From Alphaproteobacteria bacterium (GTDB lineage Bacteria; Pseudomonadota; Alphaproteobacteria; UBA828): a stretch of DNA of 64,000 nt. The position numbers and the translations under genes are program-made. Location of the stretch: assembly GCA_965214705.1 (NCBI GenBank), contig OZ243972.1, positions 3,872,001-3,936,000 on the forward strand, given 5' to 3'. Below the pieces are notes generated by a model. That model was not told the DNA's origin. It saw only the letters and a program-made list of their open reading frames with translations, and ran no database searches. Of this stretch, positions 61,440 to 64,000 are shown in pieces (positions within the stretch are counted from its first letter, which is position 1; every line of letters starts with the position of its first letter).

Positions 61440-63119
61440 ATGAGCGCAGGCGACGACTTCATTCGGGCGGTGGTCCGCGCCGACCTCGCGGCCGAGCGGC
61501 ATGACGAGGTGGTGACACGCTTCCCGCCCGAGCCCAACGGCTATCTCCACATCGGGCACGCCAAGTCGATCTGCCTCAACTTCGGCGTGCCGCAGGAGTT
61601 CGGCGGGCGCTGCCACATGCGCTTCGACGACACCAACCCGACCAAGGAAGAGCACGAATTCATCGAAGCGATCCTGGAGGACGTGCGCTGGCTCGGCTTC
61701 GACTGGGGCAGCCATCTCTATTTCGCCTCCGACCATTTCGAGCGCCTCTACGAGTGGGCCGAGCACCTGATCCAGAGCGGCGACGCCTACGTTGACGACC
61801 TCTCGGCCGAGGAGATCCGCGCCCATCGCGGCACGCTCACCGAGCCGGGGCGCAACAGCCCTTACCGGACCCGACCGGCGACGAAGAGCCTCGACCTCTT
61901 CCGCCGCATGCGGGCGGGCGAGTTTCCCGAAGGCGCGCGGGTGCTGCGGGCGAAGATCGACATGGCGTCGGGCAACATCAACATGCGGGACCCGGTGCTC
62001 TACCGCATCCTGCACGCCGCCCATCCGCGCACCGGCGAGGATTGGTGCATCTATCCCACCTACGACTTCGCGCACGGGCAGTCGGACGCGATCGAGGGCG
62101 TGACCCATTCGCTCTGCACGCTCGAGTTCGAGGATCACCGCCCGCTCTACGACTGGCTGATCGAGCACCTGCCGGTGCCGACGGTGCCGCGGCAGTACGA
62201 GTTCTCGCGCCTCAACCTCAGCCACACCGTGCTCTCCAAGCGGCGGCTGACGCAGATGGTGGAGGAGGGCAGGGTGGACGGCTGGGACGATCCCCGGATG
62301 CCGACCCTGCGCGGCCTGCGCCGGCGGGGCGTGCCGCCCGAGGCGATCCGCGACTTCGTGGGGTTGCTCGCCATCTCCAAGACCAGCGACAACCTGGTGG
62401 AGCAGGCCATGCTCGACCATGCGGTGCGCGAGCGGCTGAACAAGACCGCGCCGCGCCGCTTCGGGGTGCTGCGCCCGCTCAAGCTCACGATCGAGAATTA
62501 CCCGGAAGGAGAGGGCGAGTGGGTCGACGCCCTCAACAACCCCGAGGACCCCGACGCCGGCACCCGGCAGGTCCGCTTCGGGCGGGAGCTATACGTCGAG
62601 GCGGACGACTTCATGGAGGACCCGCCCAAGAAGTTCTTTCGGCTGGCGCCCGGCCGCGAGGTGCGGCTGCGCTACGGTTACCTCGTGACCTGTCGGGAAA
62701 TGGTCAAGGATGAGTCCGGCGCGGTCACCGAGCTGCGCTGCACCTACGACCCGGAGACCCGCGGCGGCCAGGCGCCGGACGGGCGCAAGGTGAGAGGCGC
62801 GCTGCACTGGGTCTCGGCGCATGACTCGGTGGAGGCGGAGGTGCGGCTCTACGACTCGCTGTTTAGCGAGCCGCTGCCGGGTGCGGACGGCGGCGCGTTG
62901 TGGGACGACCTCAATCCGGCATCGCGCACGGTTTTGACCGGCTGCCGGCTGGAGTCCGGCCTTGCCGACGCGGCGCCGGGCGAGACGGTGCAGTTCGAGC
63001 GGCAGGGCTATTTTTGCCCCGATCCGGTCTCCACGCCCGAGCGGCCCGTCTTCAACCGCACCGTGGGCCTGCGCGATTCCTGGGCGCGGGCGCAGAAGCG
63101 GGCTGCGAGCCAGAGCTAA
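61440..63119 (+). CDS. glnS: Glutamine--tRNA ligase
   Basis: [56 protein letters not shown]. Confidence 0.96.
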   Translation: MSAGDDFIRAVVRADLAAERHDEVVTRFPPEPNGYLHIGHAKSICLNFGVPQEFGGRCHMRFDDTNPTKEEHEFIEAILEDVRWLGFDWGSHLYFASDHFERLYEWAEHLIQSGDAYVDDLSAEEIRAHRGTLTEPGRNSPYRTRPATKSLDLFRRMRAGEFPEGARVLRAKIDMASGNINMRDPVLYRILHAAHPRTGEDWCIYPTYDFAHGQSDAIEGVTHSLCTLEFEDHRPLYDWLIEHLPVPTVPRQYEFSRLNLSHTVLSKRRLTQMVEEGRVDGWDDPRMPTLRGLRRRGVPPEAIRDFVGLLAISKTSDNLVEQAMLDHAVRERLNKTAPRRFGVLRPLKLTIENYPEGEGEWVDALNNPEDPDAGTRQVRFGRELYVEADDFMEDPPKKFFRLAPGREVRLRYGYLVTCREMVKDESGAVTELRCTYDPETRGGQAPDGRKVRGALHWVSAHDSVEAEVRLYDSLFSEPLPGADGGALWDDLNPASRTVLTGCRLESGLADAAPGETVQFERQGYFCPDPVSTPERPVFNRTVGLRDSWARAQKRAASQS

Positions 63120-63396
63120 GGCGCAGGTTTCGCCAGGGTCCGAGGCTGACGCGCGCGGGAGCGCGATGCGCTCCCGCGTGATGACGGAGAAGAGAAGGCA
63201 GCCCTCTCATCTCGCCCTGTGCCCCCGGACCAAGGTGCGGTGCACGGGGCGCGTCCCCTGCGCCAGGATCGCGCCATGTCGATCGAGTACAAGCCGGGCG
63301 CTGCGCGGGCGGTGATGCAGTCGCGGGTCAAAGCCATTCGTGCCATCATCGCCGAGGGCCTTCGCCCAGGACGGCGTGACGCGAGAGAGGGAAAAC

Positions 63397-64000
63397 ATGG
63401 CGCGCAAAGTCATCATCACCTGCGCGGTGACGGGCTCGGCGGACACGGTGGCCAAGAATCCGGCAGTGCCCGTGAGCCCGACGGAGATCGCGCAATCCGC
63501 GCTCGATGCGGCCAGGGCTGGTGCCGCCATCGTGCACGTCCACGTGCGCGACCCCGAGACCGGAAAGGCCAGCATGGCGCTCGATCATTACCGCGAGACC
63601 GCCGGCCGAATCCGCCAGAGCGAGACCGACGTGGTACTCAACCTGACGACGGGCTACGGCGCGCGCCTCAGCCCCGGTGTGGAGGACCCCTTCGATTACG
63701 GGCCCGGCACGACCTTCACGGCGCCGGCCAGGCGGATCGCCCACGTGGGCGAGCTCAGGCCCGAGATTTGCAGCCTCGACGTGGCGACCATGAACTCGGG
63801 CGGCGTGCGCGACGACAGCGTGATGATCAACTCGCCGCCGCAACTCCGCTACATGGCCGATAACATGCGGGAGTGGGGGGGCGTGCCGGAGTTGGAGGTC
63901 TTCGACGTGGGCGGCGTGCGGCTCGCGGCGAACCTGATCGAGAAGGGCCATGTCCCGGAGCCGGGGTTCTTCCAGCTCTGCCTGGGGATCGAGTGGGGCG
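63397..64000 (+). CDS. Beta-keto acid cleavage enzyme (BKACE/DUF849), 3'-partial
   Basis: IITCAVTG, NPAVP, AGAAIVHVHVRD, PEICSLD, PELEVFD. Confidence 0.93.
   Translation, partial: MARKVIITCAVTGSADTVAKNPAVPVSPTEIAQSALDAARAGAAIVHVHVRDPETGKASMALDHYRETAGRIRQSETDVVLNLTTGYGARLSPGVEDPFDYGPGTTFTAPARRIAHVGELRPEICSLDVATMNSGGVRDDSVMINSPPQLRYMADNMREWGGVPELEVFDVGGVRLAANLIEKGHVPEPGFFQLCLGIEWG

Noticed and set aside
63276-63396. Short ORF MSIEYKPGAARAVMQSRVKAIRAIIAEG, possibly a gene remnant
   Set aside because: No RBS, runs out of frame into the BKACE gene, no recognisable family.

Overview
High-GC bacterial DNA, almost certainly an alphaproteobacterium (DUF192/DUF1491/recG, ibpA-DUF1150 with ROSE element). 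The gene mix resembles host-associated, e.g. sponge-symbiont, Rhodospirillales-like genomes (inference). Most of the window is accessory catabolism: a sugar-type ABC transporter with a fused double permease, a PotABCD-like transporter, four hydantoinase/oxoprolinase genes with a cytosine-deaminase-like enzyme, Rieske, 2OG and LLM oxygenases, and CoA-ester enzymes. It also carries TA modules (MntA-HepT, DUF4258-HTH, an orphan Phd), an AAA-DUF4143 ATPase-nuclease behind a 41-bp palindrome, recG, ibpA and glnS. At 46481-53409 seven mobile elements are stacked: IS5/IS427, a MITE, IS630, IS66, IS4, IS5 and IS110/IS1111. The best finding is the IS1111-type element. Its 3' non-coding RNA contains guide-like segments matching its reconstructed REP-like target and its own circle junction, and its recombinase has Thr where the catalytic Ser is expected. 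No tRNA, rRNA or CRISPR array was seen. Family calls come from motif recognition only; no searches were run.
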